DNA from: a bacterium
Lineage (GTDB): Bacteria > Patescibacteriota > CPR2 > UBA1875 > CAIMLA01
Length of the DNA stretch: 64,000 bases
NCBI GenBank assembly: GCA_037129835.1
Contig: JBAXUE010000001.1
Span: forward strand, 26,085-90,084
Direction of reading: 5' to 3'
The position numbers and the translations under genes were made by a program. Below are positions 30,352 to 39,205 of this stretch, one piece after another (the first letter of the stretch is position 1; the number at the start of each line of letters is the position of its first letter). The notes under the pieces were generated by a model. The model saw nothing but the letters and a program-made list of their open reading frames with translations. It did not search any database and was not told the origin of the DNA.

Positions 30352-30591
30352 ATGGAGAGGTGGTGTAGGGAGATGGAACGACTTAGGGATCAGATCTTGA
30401 TCGTGATGATAGGAGTGTATTTCCTCATTGTGATCACTCTGATCGCTAGCGCGGCCGTATTTGTAGCCCAGCTGATGCTGGGGGCAGGTATCTCGATCTT
30501 CTTGATCGTACCGGCCTGTATTTTGACCGGCCTCATGGCGACGGTAATTTTCGTCGCCCTGGTGGTCCTGGTTGATCATATCCACAGTTAG
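30352..30591 (+). CDS. small 2-TM membrane protein
   Basis: Hydrophobic, 79 aa. The long antisense ORF 30340..30951 was rejected. Confidence 0.35.
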   Translation: MERWCREMERLRDQILIVMIGVYFLIVITLIASAAVFVAQLMLGAGISIFLIVPACILTGLMATVIFVALVVLVDHIHS

Positions 30592-30636
30592 GACAGTGGT
30601 CAACCACACGATCAACCTCTGGAAGGAGGTGAACAA

Positions 30637-30819
30637 ATGCCGCTTTGGTTCCATATTGGGGGGGTCATTCTCCTCGAGTTGGCGATCATCGGTATCCCGA
30701 GCATGTTGTTTGGGATGTCGATGGCGCAGGGAAATCGCAATGAACAGATCCTCATTGGATCTCTCGTCGTGATTGGGGCGCTTCTGTCCCCGTTTGTTTT
30801 TGCCATTATGATGGCTTAG
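30637..30819 (+). CDS. small 2-TM membrane protein
   Basis: SD aaggaggtg 5 nt upstream. 60 aa. Confidence 0.4.
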   Translation: MPLWFHIGGVILLELAIIGIPSMLFGMSMAQGNRNEQILIGSLVVIGALLSPFVFAIMMA

Positions 30820-31245
30820 GCGAACGCGCCCTGAGGGCTGGTAACTCCCAGCCATTGGCAACAAAGGAGAGGCATGGACAATAGTCCTAGTTCTCTCAGA
30901 GTGCCAGCGAAACAACGCTGGAATCGTGAGGTGTGCACTCATGAGAAACAAATAATTATTGAGGGCCCAAGTACCGTTGTGAAACGGGATGCGGGCCTTT
31001 TCGCTTATTAGAAGTATAGAGTATTTTGGATAGTATTGTTTTGAAGATCAAATTTAATGAAACCCGATACCTACAACGTAGTTATGGTTCAACTTGTTGA
31101 AGAAATTCAAAATAGAACAGGCTAAAGTTGATACCTCGCCAGCGTTATCACAAGTTTTTTTGTGCTTGAATACATTGACAAATAAGTATAAATACGTTAA
31201 AATAAATAATTGTTTTGGGTATAAAAATCTGGATATTCTCTAGAT

Positions 31246-31965
31246 TTGTGTTCCCAATACAGGGAACAAGTATGCCTCGGAAGGAGGCTGATAGTTGTGT
31301 TTGGTGACACAAACTTGGTAGTCGACGGAACTCTTGTACTGGTAGTCATCTTTAGCTTGGTCGCCATAGCTTTTTCACACCGACGTAGTTATCTTTTGAA
31401 GGCAGAAGTTACCAGGTTGGCAACGGAGGTCTTGCGGATAGGGGCAGACAGAGACAATCATCAAGAGCTGTCTTTGATCGATCCACTAACCGAGGTGGCA
31501 AACAGAAGAGCGATTGGCCTGTATTTGCAGTATGACATGGAGCGCATGTCACGCTATCCTGGGGAATATTCGCTCATGTTTGTAGATATTGATCGCTTCA
31601 AAGCAGTCAATGATACTCGTGGGCATGCTCTCGGGGATGAGATCCTTCTGGCAGTCGCCAAGTCTCTCGAGCTCACCTTTCGCGAAAGTGATACGGTGGG
31701 GCGTTACGGCGGCGATGAATTTGTTGTATTGCTGCCAAATGCAGATCTGTTCGCTTCTAAGGCAAGAGCTGAAGACGCACTAAAAGCAGTTCGCGACATC
31801 GGCGAGGTTTATGACCTCGATATATCCCTGTCTATAGGCATAGTGACTGTGATAGGTGGTCAAGAGATTACTCTCAAAGCACTGTTAGACGCTGCAGACA
31901 AGGGCCTATATTGTGCCAAGAACAAAGGAGGCAACTGCTGGTCGAGAGGATTTGTAGAACTCTAA
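31246..31965 (+). CDS. GGDEF-domain diguanylate cyclase with N-terminal TM segment
   Basis: RYGGDEFVVLL, DPLTEVANRRA, DIDRFKAVND. The likely true start is a GTG/TTG near 31294 after SD ggaagg. Confidence 0.8.
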   Translation: MCSQYREQVCLGRRLIVVFGDTNLVVDGTLVLVVIFSLVAIAFSHRRSYLLKAEVTRLATEVLRIGADRDNHQELSLIDPLTEVANRRAIGLYLQYDMERMSRYPGEYSLMFVDIDRFKAVNDTRGHALGDEILLAVAKSLELTFRESDTVGRYGGDEFVVLLPNADLFASKARAEDALKAVRDIGEVYDLDISLSIGIVTVIGGQEITLKALLDAADKGLYCAKNKGGNCWSRGFVEL

Positions 31966-32020
31966 GGGCGAGGAACGTTTGTAACAGCGAAAGCTAATGC
32001 AAACGGGCTTCGCCCTTTTG
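31964..32020 (+). terminator. long imperfect stem-loop (aagggcga...tcgccctt) plus TTTTG at the right end of the island
   Basis: Nested stems aagggcga/tcgccctt and acgtttg/caaacg. Confidence 0.4.
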
Positions 32021-32038
32021 CATTACAAAATATAAAAA

Positions 32039-33079
32039 TTAAGTCTCGCTTAGTTCGACAATTTTGATGTATTTAATAAGATATACTACCCAGATCACGA
32101 TTAGAACAGCAGAATTCAATTCATAAAAAGTAATAGTAAAGTAATTAACAACGTCATAAAGCACATATAGAGCGACACCAATTGAGAAAAATAAGTAAGA
32201 AATAATATAAAAGCTTCTCTTAAACTTGTTCATGATAAGCTTGGAAAATAGCATAGTTAGTCCGATAACAAGAAAAACCATATTCCCAGCATATATATGT
32301 ATTTGGCTTAGAATCGGTTGATGACCATACGGAATTAGACCTACGATTATGATTAATAAAATAGAAAACTGATAGATTGCTGTTAAAACTTTTAGTCTTA
32401 TTTTGGTAAGCTTATGTCTAATAACAAGCTCTTTAAATAGTGGGACAAGATAAAATCCCATAAGTGATAGTAGTAAACCGGCGAGAACTATAGATGTGTT
32501 ATAAATCCAAAAAGCTCCTTGGTATCCCTTGCCCATTCCAAGAGCGCAGAGTGAACCGGCCCACCAGTGACTATCGCGACTATAGATAGCCGAAATAATA
32601 AAACCCGAAAGAGTAACGGTTAGCAGAAGTATTGATAATTTTTTTGCTTCAAAGTGGAATATTTCAATAGAGAGTACATAAGCCAATATGGCCGAAACTG
32701 CAGATAATAGAATGGTTGCACTGGCTATGTCTGGCGCCAAATCTCTGAAAACTCTTGTAGAAATATCCACCCCAAAGTACCCCATCGTGGCAAACAAAAA
32801 AGCGAATGATAGGCCCAGAATAGGGATGAATATAAACCATTTATCAGTATCAATTGTTTTTGTTTTCTGACATTTTAACCAATAAGATGTAGTTATTGTT
32901 ATGACACAAACCGCAGGAAGACAGAGTGACACCAGATTTCTGATTTCTTGGAATCTTGTTGACGGGAAAAATGAAAAATATATACTAAAGAAAATTACCA
33001 AAGCGCCAAAAATTAATATAGCTATGGATAGCGCTCTTTTTTCGTAATACATGAGTAGACTGCTTGATTTTGTTTCCAT
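32039..33079 (-). CDS. polytopic integral membrane protein
   Basis: 346 aa, about 10 hydrophobic segments. AT-rich. Confidence 0.5.
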   Translation of the reverse strand: METKSSSLLMYYEKRALSIAILIFGALVIFFSIYFSFFPSTRFQEIRNLVSLCLPAVCVITITTSYWLKCQKTKTIDTDKWFIFIPILGLSFAFLFATMGYFGVDISTRVFRDLAPDIASATILLSAVSAILAYVLSIEIFHFEAKKLSILLLTVTLSGFIISAIYSRDSHWWAGSLCALGMGKGYQGAFWIYNTSIVLAGLLLSLMGFYLVPLFKELVIRHKLTKIRLKVLTAIYQFSILLIIIVGLIPYGHQPILSQIHIYAGNMVFLVIGLTMLFSKLIMNKFKRSFYIISYLFFSIGVALYVLYDVVNYFTITFYELNSAVLIVIWVVYLIKYIKIVELSET

Positions 33080-33186
33080 AAAAGTATTATATAGCCAAGT
33101 TAAAACAACGGCTATACGATTTTTTACATTGACTAGAGCTAGTTACGATTCTATAATTTGATTAGTACTAAAATAAAGGTAGGCAA

Positions 33187-33690
33187 ATGACTCCATCCTG
33201 GGATCTATTCATTATTCTTTTCTTTGTTATCATGGGTATCTATGGTTTCCTTTTGGGTCGAGGCCGTGTACTCAATATCTTGATAGATTGCTATGTCGGA
33301 TTGGCAGTTTCTACTGCTGTCGGAGGCTTTGCTTTTGAATACTTAAGCAAAATCACTGAAATATCTCATAGTTTCAACGTGACCATGTTTGGCGCAAAAG
33401 TTTTTGTTTTTGTGGCAGTAGTTTTTATACTTATTATGAACAAAGAGCTTTCTGGCTCTAGTGATGATGCACTCTCTAGCTCGATATATACAGGGATTTA
33501 TGGAGTTCTTACGGCTGGTCTCATTCTTTATAGCGTTTTTTCTTTTATGGGAGATATTCAAAGAGTCGATCTCTTCGCCTCCAGTAGTCTCGCAGTACAA
33601 GTTTATAGATACCAAATAGTTTGGTTAGTAGCGCCGATAGCGGTGGTACTAGTAAGTACAATACTAAATCGAAAGTCTTCTAAGAAATAA
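33187..33690 (+). CDS. CvpA-like membrane protein (putative)
   Basis: 167 aa, 4 TM. N-terminus resembles the CvpA family (LFIILFFVIMGIYGFLLG). Confidence 0.4.
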   Translation: MTPSWDLFIILFFVIMGIYGFLLGRGRVLNILIDCYVGLAVSTAVGGFAFEYLSKITEISHSFNVTMFGAKVFVFVAVVFILIMNKELSGSSDDALSSSIYTGIYGVLTAGLILYSVFSFMGDIQRVDLFASSSLAVQVYRYQIVWLVAPIAVVLVSTILNRKSSKK

Positions 33691-33714
33691 AAAATAACTA
33701 TTCTAGGTGGTGTT

Positions 33715-34581
33715 ATGAATGATCAACAAGATAACTTTGGGAAAGAGCCTTCGCCAGAATTACTAAGGGCTGAAGTTGTGCCTCCAGGTGAAAACCAAGA
33801 AACACCCGAAGATTTGAAATCTGGTGGAGAAAATATCGCCGAAAATAGTAGTGATAATAAGGAATCAGAAATATCTTCTCTTCAAGAAGAGATTCGAGAG
33901 CTAGCCGAGAAATCAAATTCATTGAACGAGCGAATTCTTCGAATTGAAACAGATAAAAAAAATACTTCTGAGCAGATTAACGAGTTGCGTTCTGGTTTGG
34001 GCCTATCGGCAGACAAAGAATTATCAGAGAGCGATAGTGATGAAGAAAGGCTAAAAAGCCTAATCGATTTAAAAGAGATTCTTAGAGACAAAAAAGATAA
34101 ATTATTAGAAGAGCACGGTAATGAAGCAGTGCCAGAGGGAGTTGTAATAGAGAGCGGCGACAATAGTCTTGAAGTCAAGACGTCTATTGCCGAAAGCGAA
34201 GTACCTCCAGATCAATCAGCAGAACAAGAAACAGAGAACAGAAAAAAACTTTTTGAGCGTGGCAAAGAAAACGTTGTTAGAGAGTATGAAAAATATTTAA
34301 GGTCTGATTGGTCAACAAAAGGCGCCATAAATCTTGAAGCCGCTATTTCATTAATGAAAGAAAGAGCCCCCGAGGCTATGGACAAAATGGCGGAAGAATA
34401 TTTGAGCGGTAAAGAGGACGGCAAACTCTGCAAGGAAATATTTATCAAATGGGACACTACACCATGGAGTGAAAGATTTTCTGGTAAGCCAAATGAAATT
34501 AAAAATATGAAAATCAAATTCGATGAAGAAGAAGTTCCAATTACGGCGAGAGACGAAGCCATTGGGACAGATGATAATTAA
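33715..34581 (+). CDS. acidic coiled-coil protein (tandem paralog 1)
   Basis: E/K-rich. The C-terminal half aligns with the next gene (VPEGVVIESGDNSLEVK / IPEGLVIETKNGHFETR; KPNEIKNMKIKFDEEEV / KPNQIRGMELTFDKEKI). Confidence 0.5.
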   Translation: MNDQQDNFGKEPSPELLRAEVVPPGENQETPEDLKSGGENIAENSSDNKESEISSLQEEIRELAEKSNSLNERILRIETDKKNTSEQINELRSGLGLSADKELSESDSDEERLKSLIDLKEILRDKKDKLLEEHGNEAVPEGVVIESGDNSLEVKTSIAESEVPPDQSAEQETENRKKLFERGKENVVREYEKYLRSDWSTKGAINLEAAISLMKERAPEAMDKMAEEYLSGKEDGKLCKEIFIKWDTTPWSERFSGKPNEIKNMKIKFDEEEVPITARDEAIGTDDN

Positions 34582-34601
34582 TTTAAACATAATTTAAAAC
34601 A

Positions 34602-34628
34602 AAAAAAACCGCCTATAGGCGGTTTTTC
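34602..34628 (+). terminator. rho-independent terminator aaaaaaaCCGCCTATAGGCGGttttt
   Basis: Perfect 8-bp stem plus a U-tract. Confidence 0.8.
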
Positions 34629-34681
34629 AATTGCATGTTATGAATTTATAAGCTATCTTTTATTAAAATGAAAGGAAAAAT

Positions 34682-35623
34682 ATGTTAAACGGTAGAGAAG
34701 GAAATGCAAGTATTGAGAAAACAGATAAGACAGTTGAGCCTGCAGAAAAAAATGAATCTGATGTAGTGCCAGAATCTAATTCAGACAAAGATACTGAGGT
34801 AGGGGGAAATGCTAATGGCGAGAAAGAGGCTACACCTCAGCAAGAAATAATAACAGTGCAGAACGATATTGACAGAATAGAACAGCGGATATTACTTCTA
34901 AGGAAAAGCGACGCAGAAACTCAGCGTCAAAAGGACGAGCAATATAGAAACCTAGGCATAGAATCAGAAACAACCACTGCAAAAGGGAATGATGCCGCCG
35001 TTGAGTTATTGGAAGAACAAAAGCTACTCCTGACTGAACATAGAGCCAAGTGGCTAGAAGACTTTGGGATAGAAAAAATACCTGAAGGATTGGTTATAGA
35101 AACAAAAAACGGACATTTCGAAACACGGATTAACCCGTTAGATATAGCAGAAGAAATCTCGGAAGTAGAATCGTCTAAAAATAAAGAAAAAAAAGAAAAG
35201 GAAGCCCTTGTGGAAAGGAAGCAAATTTTAGAAAATTGGAAAGCTAGAGCGATAAAAAAATTCCAAGCCTTTCTTGAAAGTTCTTGGCAGTCTGTTGATG
35301 CGATTAATCTAGAGCTAGCTGTTCACATTTTGGGTATAAAAATACCCAAAGCAATCGATAAAATAGGAGAGGGCTTTGCAAAAGGAGAGGTAGACGATCT
35401 GCCCTCAAATATCTGGTTTAGTTTTAGCGCAAACTCATTTATAGATAGATTGTTAGATAAGCCAAACCAGATACGTGGCATGGAGCTAACTTTTGATAAA
35501 GAAAAAATAAATATGGCAGGAGAAACAGAACTAGTTACAAAGGAAGAAAAGGAAATACAAAAAGATGATAATGAGCAAGATGAGGGTGACTTAACACCTC
35601 AAGAAGCAACTTCGGAGAATTAA
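34682..35623 (+). CDS. acidic coiled-coil protein (tandem paralog 2)
   Basis: See paralog 1. Confidence 0.5.
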   Translation: MLNGREGNASIEKTDKTVEPAEKNESDVVPESNSDKDTEVGGNANGEKEATPQQEIITVQNDIDRIEQRILLLRKSDAETQRQKDEQYRNLGIESETTTAKGNDAAVELLEEQKLLLTEHRAKWLEDFGIEKIPEGLVIETKNGHFETRINPLDIAEEISEVESSKNKEKKEKEALVERKQILENWKARAIKKFQAFLESSWQSVDAINLELAVHILGIKIPKAIDKIGEGFAKGEVDDLPSNIWFSFSANSFIDRLLDKPNQIRGMELTFDKEKINMAGETELVTKEEKEIQKDDNEQDEGDLTPQEATSEN

Positions 35624-35647
35624 ATATACTATTCAATAAACAAATAT

Positions 35648-35672
35648 CGCTTTCCAAAAAAATTGGAAAGCG
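35648..35672. terminator. bidirectional hairpin cgctttcca-aaaaaat-tggaaagcg
   Basis: 9-bp stem. On the minus strand it is followed by a U-rich tract and lies downstream of the tRNA pair. Confidence 0.55.
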
Positions 35673-35677
35673 ATATT

Positions 35678-35752
35678 TGGTGGCTGCGGGTGGATTTGAA
35701 CCACCGACCAACAGCTTATGAGTCTGCTGCTCTACCCCTGAGCTACGCAGCC
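35678..35752 (-). tRNA. tRNA-Met (anticodon CAT; elongator or Ile2-lysidine type)
   Basis: My own fold: GGCUGCG acceptor, GCUC D-stem, anticodon loop CUCAUAA, T-arm GGUGG-UUCAAAU-CCACC, encoded CCA. Confidence 0.8.
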
Positions 35753-35778
35753 GCGAATTATCCGAGAGAGATTTTATT

Positions 35779-35854
35779 TGGTGGGCCCGGTGCGACTCGA
35801 ACGCACGACCATTTGCTTAAAAGGCAATTGCTCTACCAACTGAGCTACAGGCCC
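35779..35854 (-). tRNA. tRNA-Lys (anticodon TTT)
   Basis: My own fold: GGGCCUG acceptor, anticodon stem AUUGC/GCAAU with loop CUUUUAA, T-arm GUGCG-UUCGAGU-CGCAC, CCA. Confidence 0.85.
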
Positions 35855-36027
35855 GCGGATATCTAGGGGTATAAATCTCAAAATTTTCTCAGAATCAAAG
35901 CCGAGCGGCTTTTTACCACAACCAGACGATATTTTGCTAAGTGAGAAAACTTTGAAACATGAGTATTATAACGAAATTTGTGCTCTTGGTCAATGTAAAT
36001 CTAGCATTAGTTTGTTATAATATAAAC

Positions 36028-36381
36028 ATGAAAAAAAATAGATTACTACTCAGTCTACTTATTATCGGGGGTGTTTTGTGTATACTTTATGCCGTCGGTA
36101 ATACCGTTTATGAAAATTATCAAATTCAGCAAGGAATATTAGGTTTAAAAAACGATATTACTAATATGGCTCAAGCGAATAAGGACTTGTCGGCGGAGAT
36201 TCTTTACTATCAGAGCCCTTCGTATCAGGAAAGGATAGCCAGAGAAAAGTTGAATTTACAGAAGCCCGGAGAGAAAGTTATCGTTATCTTACCTGAAGCT
36301 AAAGCGAAGGTGGTTAAAGAAGATCCATACGTAAAGCTTACAAATCCGCAAAAATGGTGGTTATTCTTCTTTAAAGTGTAG
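36028..36381 (+). CDS. septum formation initiator FtsB/DivIC-like
   Basis: N-terminal TM, coiled coil, and the conserved YQERIAREKLNLQKPGEKVIV motif. The track ORF starts at 35959, but the ATG at 36028 follows a TATAAT box. Confidence 0.65.
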   Translation: MKKNRLLLSLLIIGGVLCILYAVGNTVYENYQIQQGILGLKNDITNMAQANKDLSAEILYYQSPSYQERIAREKLNLQKPGEKVIVILPEAKAKVVKEDPYVKLTNPQKWWLFFFKV

Positions 36382-36831
36382 TTACTATGATATAACTTAT
36401 ATTCTTTTCCATTTTCTCTTGAAAGAAAATGGAGTTAAGTTCACCCTGTGAAATCTCACTACATGAGATTGCTATAAGCAATATTTCACGGGGTGAAAGA
36501 AAAATCGAACTCCCTCTGCTCGGCTCGTAATTTTGTAGCCAATAATTACTCGACCTCGTAGATAGTCGGGTACGCGGTACCGAAGCGATTTTTCGTAAGG
36601 TTTCCCGTTTTCCTCTGCGGCTTGGATAAGATATAGCGAATAATTTATGAACGCGATTTAAAGGATAATTTTGTCTGAACTAGTAGAATACCAGTGAGTT
36701 AATTTTCTTTAAACAGAGTGAATAAAGAAATGACACTATATCTTATCCACGAGCAGGAGCTTTTGGCCACTTTGGCGATATAAAAGTGGATAATCCCATA
36801 ATATTTAAATATAAATATATAAGTATTATAG

Positions 36832-36860
36832 TTGACTTTAAGCACAAAATATGCTAATAT
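36832..36860 (+). promoter_or_regulatory. tRNA promoter TTGACT-17-TAATAT
   Basis: Seen directly. TSS would be about 8 nt before the tRNA. Confidence 0.65.
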
Positions 36861-36875
36861 TTACCCTGTTAATAA

Positions 36876-36950
36876 CGCGGGGTAGAGCAGTGGCAGCTCG
36901 TCGGGCTCATAACCCGGAGGTCGTAGGTTCGAATCCTACCCCCGCTACCA
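36876..36950 (+). tRNA. tRNA-Met CAT with initiator-like features (fMet)
   Basis: Three consecutive G-C pairs closing the anticodon stem (GGG CUCAUAA CCC). Unpaired 1:72 (C:U). T-arm GUAGG-UUCGAAU-CCUAC. CCA encoded. Confidence 0.85.
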
Positions 36951-36953
36951 AAA

Positions 36954-36992
36954 ATGAGTTTCTCACTCGCTGAGAAACTCATTTTTGTTTTG
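36954..36992 (+). terminator. rho-independent terminator (12-bp stem atgagtttctca / tgagaaactcat plus TTTTGTTTTG)
   Basis: Seen directly. Confidence 0.85.
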
Positions 36993-37033
36993 TACAAAGC
37001 ACTATGTACTGTATATTAATTAGGGGAGTATAA

Positions 37034-37621
37034 ATGATAAACGCAAATTTTGTATTATTCGGGGCTTTATTAAATCTAATTGGCAGTAGCAGCTACGCGA
37101 TCGATACATTTAGAGGCAAAACAAAGCCGAATAGGGTTACTTGGTTCTTGTGGGCGCTCGCTCCGATGATTGCATTCTCGGCACAGATTAGCGGGGGAAT
37201 AGGGATAAGGTCATTAATGACATTTATGGTAGGCTTTGGACCGGCTATAGTGTTTATTGCTTCATTTATGAATAAAAAAGCATATTGGAAGATTAGTAAA
37301 CTCGACATTGCTTGTGGTGTATTATCTGTACTGGCACTTATCTTATGGTATCTGACAAAGAATGCAGCCGTTGCAATTCTTTTGAGCATACTTGCCGATG
37401 CACTCGCCGGTGTCCCAACAATTATTAAGGCCTACAAAGAGCCAGAAACAGAGAGTTATAATGTATTCTTTTTTGGTGCAATAAGCGCTGCAATAACTCT
37501 CCTTACTATCGAAATCTGGACTTTCGAAGTAGCGGCATTTCCAGTTTACATATTCGCAATCTGCTCACTATTATTCGTATTAATATTTCGAAAACAGGGG
37601 ATACAGCTAGTCAAAAAATAA
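37034..37621 (+). CDS. membrane protein (about 6 TM), unknown function
   Basis: 195 aa and hydrophobic. Confidence 0.45.
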   Translation: MINANFVLFGALLNLIGSSSYAIDTFRGKTKPNRVTWFLWALAPMIAFSAQISGGIGIRSLMTFMVGFGPAIVFIASFMNKKAYWKISKLDIACGVLSVLALILWYLTKNAAVAILLSILADALAGVPTIIKAYKEPETESYNVFFFGAISAAITLLTIEIWTFEVAAFPVYIFAICSLLFVLIFRKQGIQLVKK

Positions 37622-37770
37622 CATTATCTTTATATATAGCTTTTTTTGTTTACTTATGGTATAGTATATGTGGCTAAAATTTTAGGAACAGCACAAGGTC
37701 AAATCCCCAACTGCACTAAGTCGAAGCCCCACTCTGGATAGAGAATCTTTTAGAAAGGAGACCTCGACTA

Positions 37771-38046
37771 ATGAGTTTTGAAGACAAAACCCTTAAATGT
37801 GTAGATTGTGGCGATGATTTCGCTTTCACAGCACGTGAGCAAGAGTTCTACGCAGAAAAAGGCTTTGAAAATGAGCCAAAGCGTTGCGCTGATTGCAGAC
37901 GTAAGTTCAAAGAAGCTAAAAGCGAAAGAAAGAGCTTTGAAGTAGTTTGTGCCGATTGTGGCGCGAACACTACAGTTCCTTTTGAGCCTAAAAGTGATCG
38001 TCCTGTATATTGCAGAGATTGCTATGCAAAACATCCAAAAGCTTAA
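37771..38046 (+). CDS. zinc-ribbon protein (2x CxxC...CxxC)
   Basis: CVDCGDDF...CADCRRKF and CADCGANT...CRDCYAK. Confidence 0.55.
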   Translation: MSFEDKTLKCVDCGDDFAFTAREQEFYAEKGFENEPKRCADCRRKFKEAKSERKSFEVVCADCGANTTVPFEPKSDRPVYCRDCYAKHPKA

Positions 38047-38057
38047 TTGCTAATGTA

Positions 38058-38092
38058 AAAAGACCCCACCTTTTATAGTGGGGTCTTTTGTG
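38058..38092 (+). terminator. rho-independent terminator aaaagaccccac-cttttata-gtggggtctttt
   Basis: 12-bp stem plus a U-tract. Confidence 0.8.
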
Positions 38093-38126
38093 TTATAATT
38101 AATTTAATTTTAAAAAAGGAGATAGT

Positions 38127-38616
38127 ATGCCTGAAGCAAAAAAATATGATCCACTAGTAGAAGCATCTAGAATAACAGATCCTAAGAATCCTGATTATGG
38201 TAGAACACGTATAGATAGTGCCGAAGGAGCTGATATCTCTCAAACAGCAGCTACTTATGAAGATAATGGAACGGCATCAAGTAGTGCTTATACTCAAGCG
38301 GTTTTTGAAAAAAAAATGACGCAAATAGATGAAACGTTAGGTGATCCTCGTTATTTTGATAATGAGGGACAGCGGGTAGCAAGGAATTCTGCACGCACTT
38401 TTGAGGCTGATGTAGAAGCAATAAAACCCCAGGCGAAGCCTTAACTACGCCAGCTTCAGTAATTGCCTTGATGGAAGGCAGTAAGAACGATGTTGAATGG
38501 AATGCTAACTGTGATAAAGTCAAGGCGGCAAACAACGGTGATTACCCTGATTTCTGGTTTAAAGAGATAATAATTAATAAGGTTTATGACAGAGCAGCCG
38601 AGGGCTGGAATAAGTA
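38127..38616 (+). pseudogene. frameshifted paralog of the 6096-6722 gene (frame 0 ends at 38444, continues in +2 frame to 38616)
   Basis: The downstream frame encodes ...LTTPASVIALMEGSKNDVEWNANCDKVKAANNGDYPDFWFKEII, homologous to the C-terminus of the 6096-6722 product. The shift lies near the AAAACCCC run at 38423-38430. Confidence 0.5.
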
Positions 38617-38686
38617 AATAATAGTAATCATTTTTTTGCCCGAGCCACAAATAAGATTCAAAAAGAACCCCCTAAATGGGGTTCAT

Positions 38687-39205
38687 TTAATATTCCCCGC
38701 GAAATATATAACGGAGTAGCGCGTTTCTGGCTGATTCTCTTATAAATGGCTCCCTATATTGAATGATTTCAGCAAAATATTTCCAGCTTTTATCATCTGA
38801 AAGGTTTTTGTAATCATTTACGTGAAAGCCAACTCCATCATCCTCATGATCGTGCAAATATTTATGGAAGTATTTTGGTAACTCTAGAATAGACGATTGC
38901 TCTGAGTAGATATTGCCCGCCTGATCAATAATGGAGGTCACTCCGTGCATATAAAGTATTCCGTCTATCGGTTCATATCCAACCTCGATACCAAGGCCAA
39001 TATCCGAATCTTCACAAAGTTTCAGGGCATTTGTAGCTCTATTAATCGATCCCTGCTTCGTTTCCTTTTCGGTTCTGGGCTGGTGGGTAACACCAGAAGC
39101 TACGTCAAAAGAGGTAATGTCTGCCTTGATATCTGCTTCAAGTAAGATGCAATCAAGTATTCTGAGCTTCGCTTTCGATGTTGTTCCTACTGCTATTTTT
39201 ACCAT
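38687..39205 (-). CDS. non-canonical purine NTP phosphatase (YjjX/DUF84-like inosine/xanthosine triphosphatase), putative
   Basis: N-terminal KIAVGTTSKAKL...VASGVTHQPRTEKETKQGSINRATNA resembles the YjjX N-terminal pattern. Confidence 0.5.
   Translation of the reverse strand: MVKIAVGTTSKAKLRILDCILLEADIKADITSFDVASGVTHQPRTEKETKQGSINRATNALKLCEDSDIGLGIEVGYEPIDGILYMHGVTSIIDQAGNIYSEQSSILELPKYFHKYLHDHEDDGVGFHVNDYKNLSDDKSWKYFAEIIQYREPFIRESARNALLRYIFRGEY

Noticed and set aside
30340-30951. 203-aa minus-strand ORF in the GC-rich island (also 27247-27576, 27411-27734, 27773-28204, 28731-29349 minus)
   Set aside because: These are long antisense ORFs expected in high-GC DNA. The + strand alternatives have strong SD sites and hydrophobic, plausible products.
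35663-35866. 67-aa + strand ORF
   Set aside because: It lies entirely within the two minus-strand tRNA genes.
36400-36500. 33-aa micro-ORF MELSSPCEISLHEIAISNISRGERKIELPLLGS inside the structured region
   Set aside because: Its coding sequence is itself a long imperfect palindrome and it has only a weak RBS. An RNA structure is the more economical explanation.
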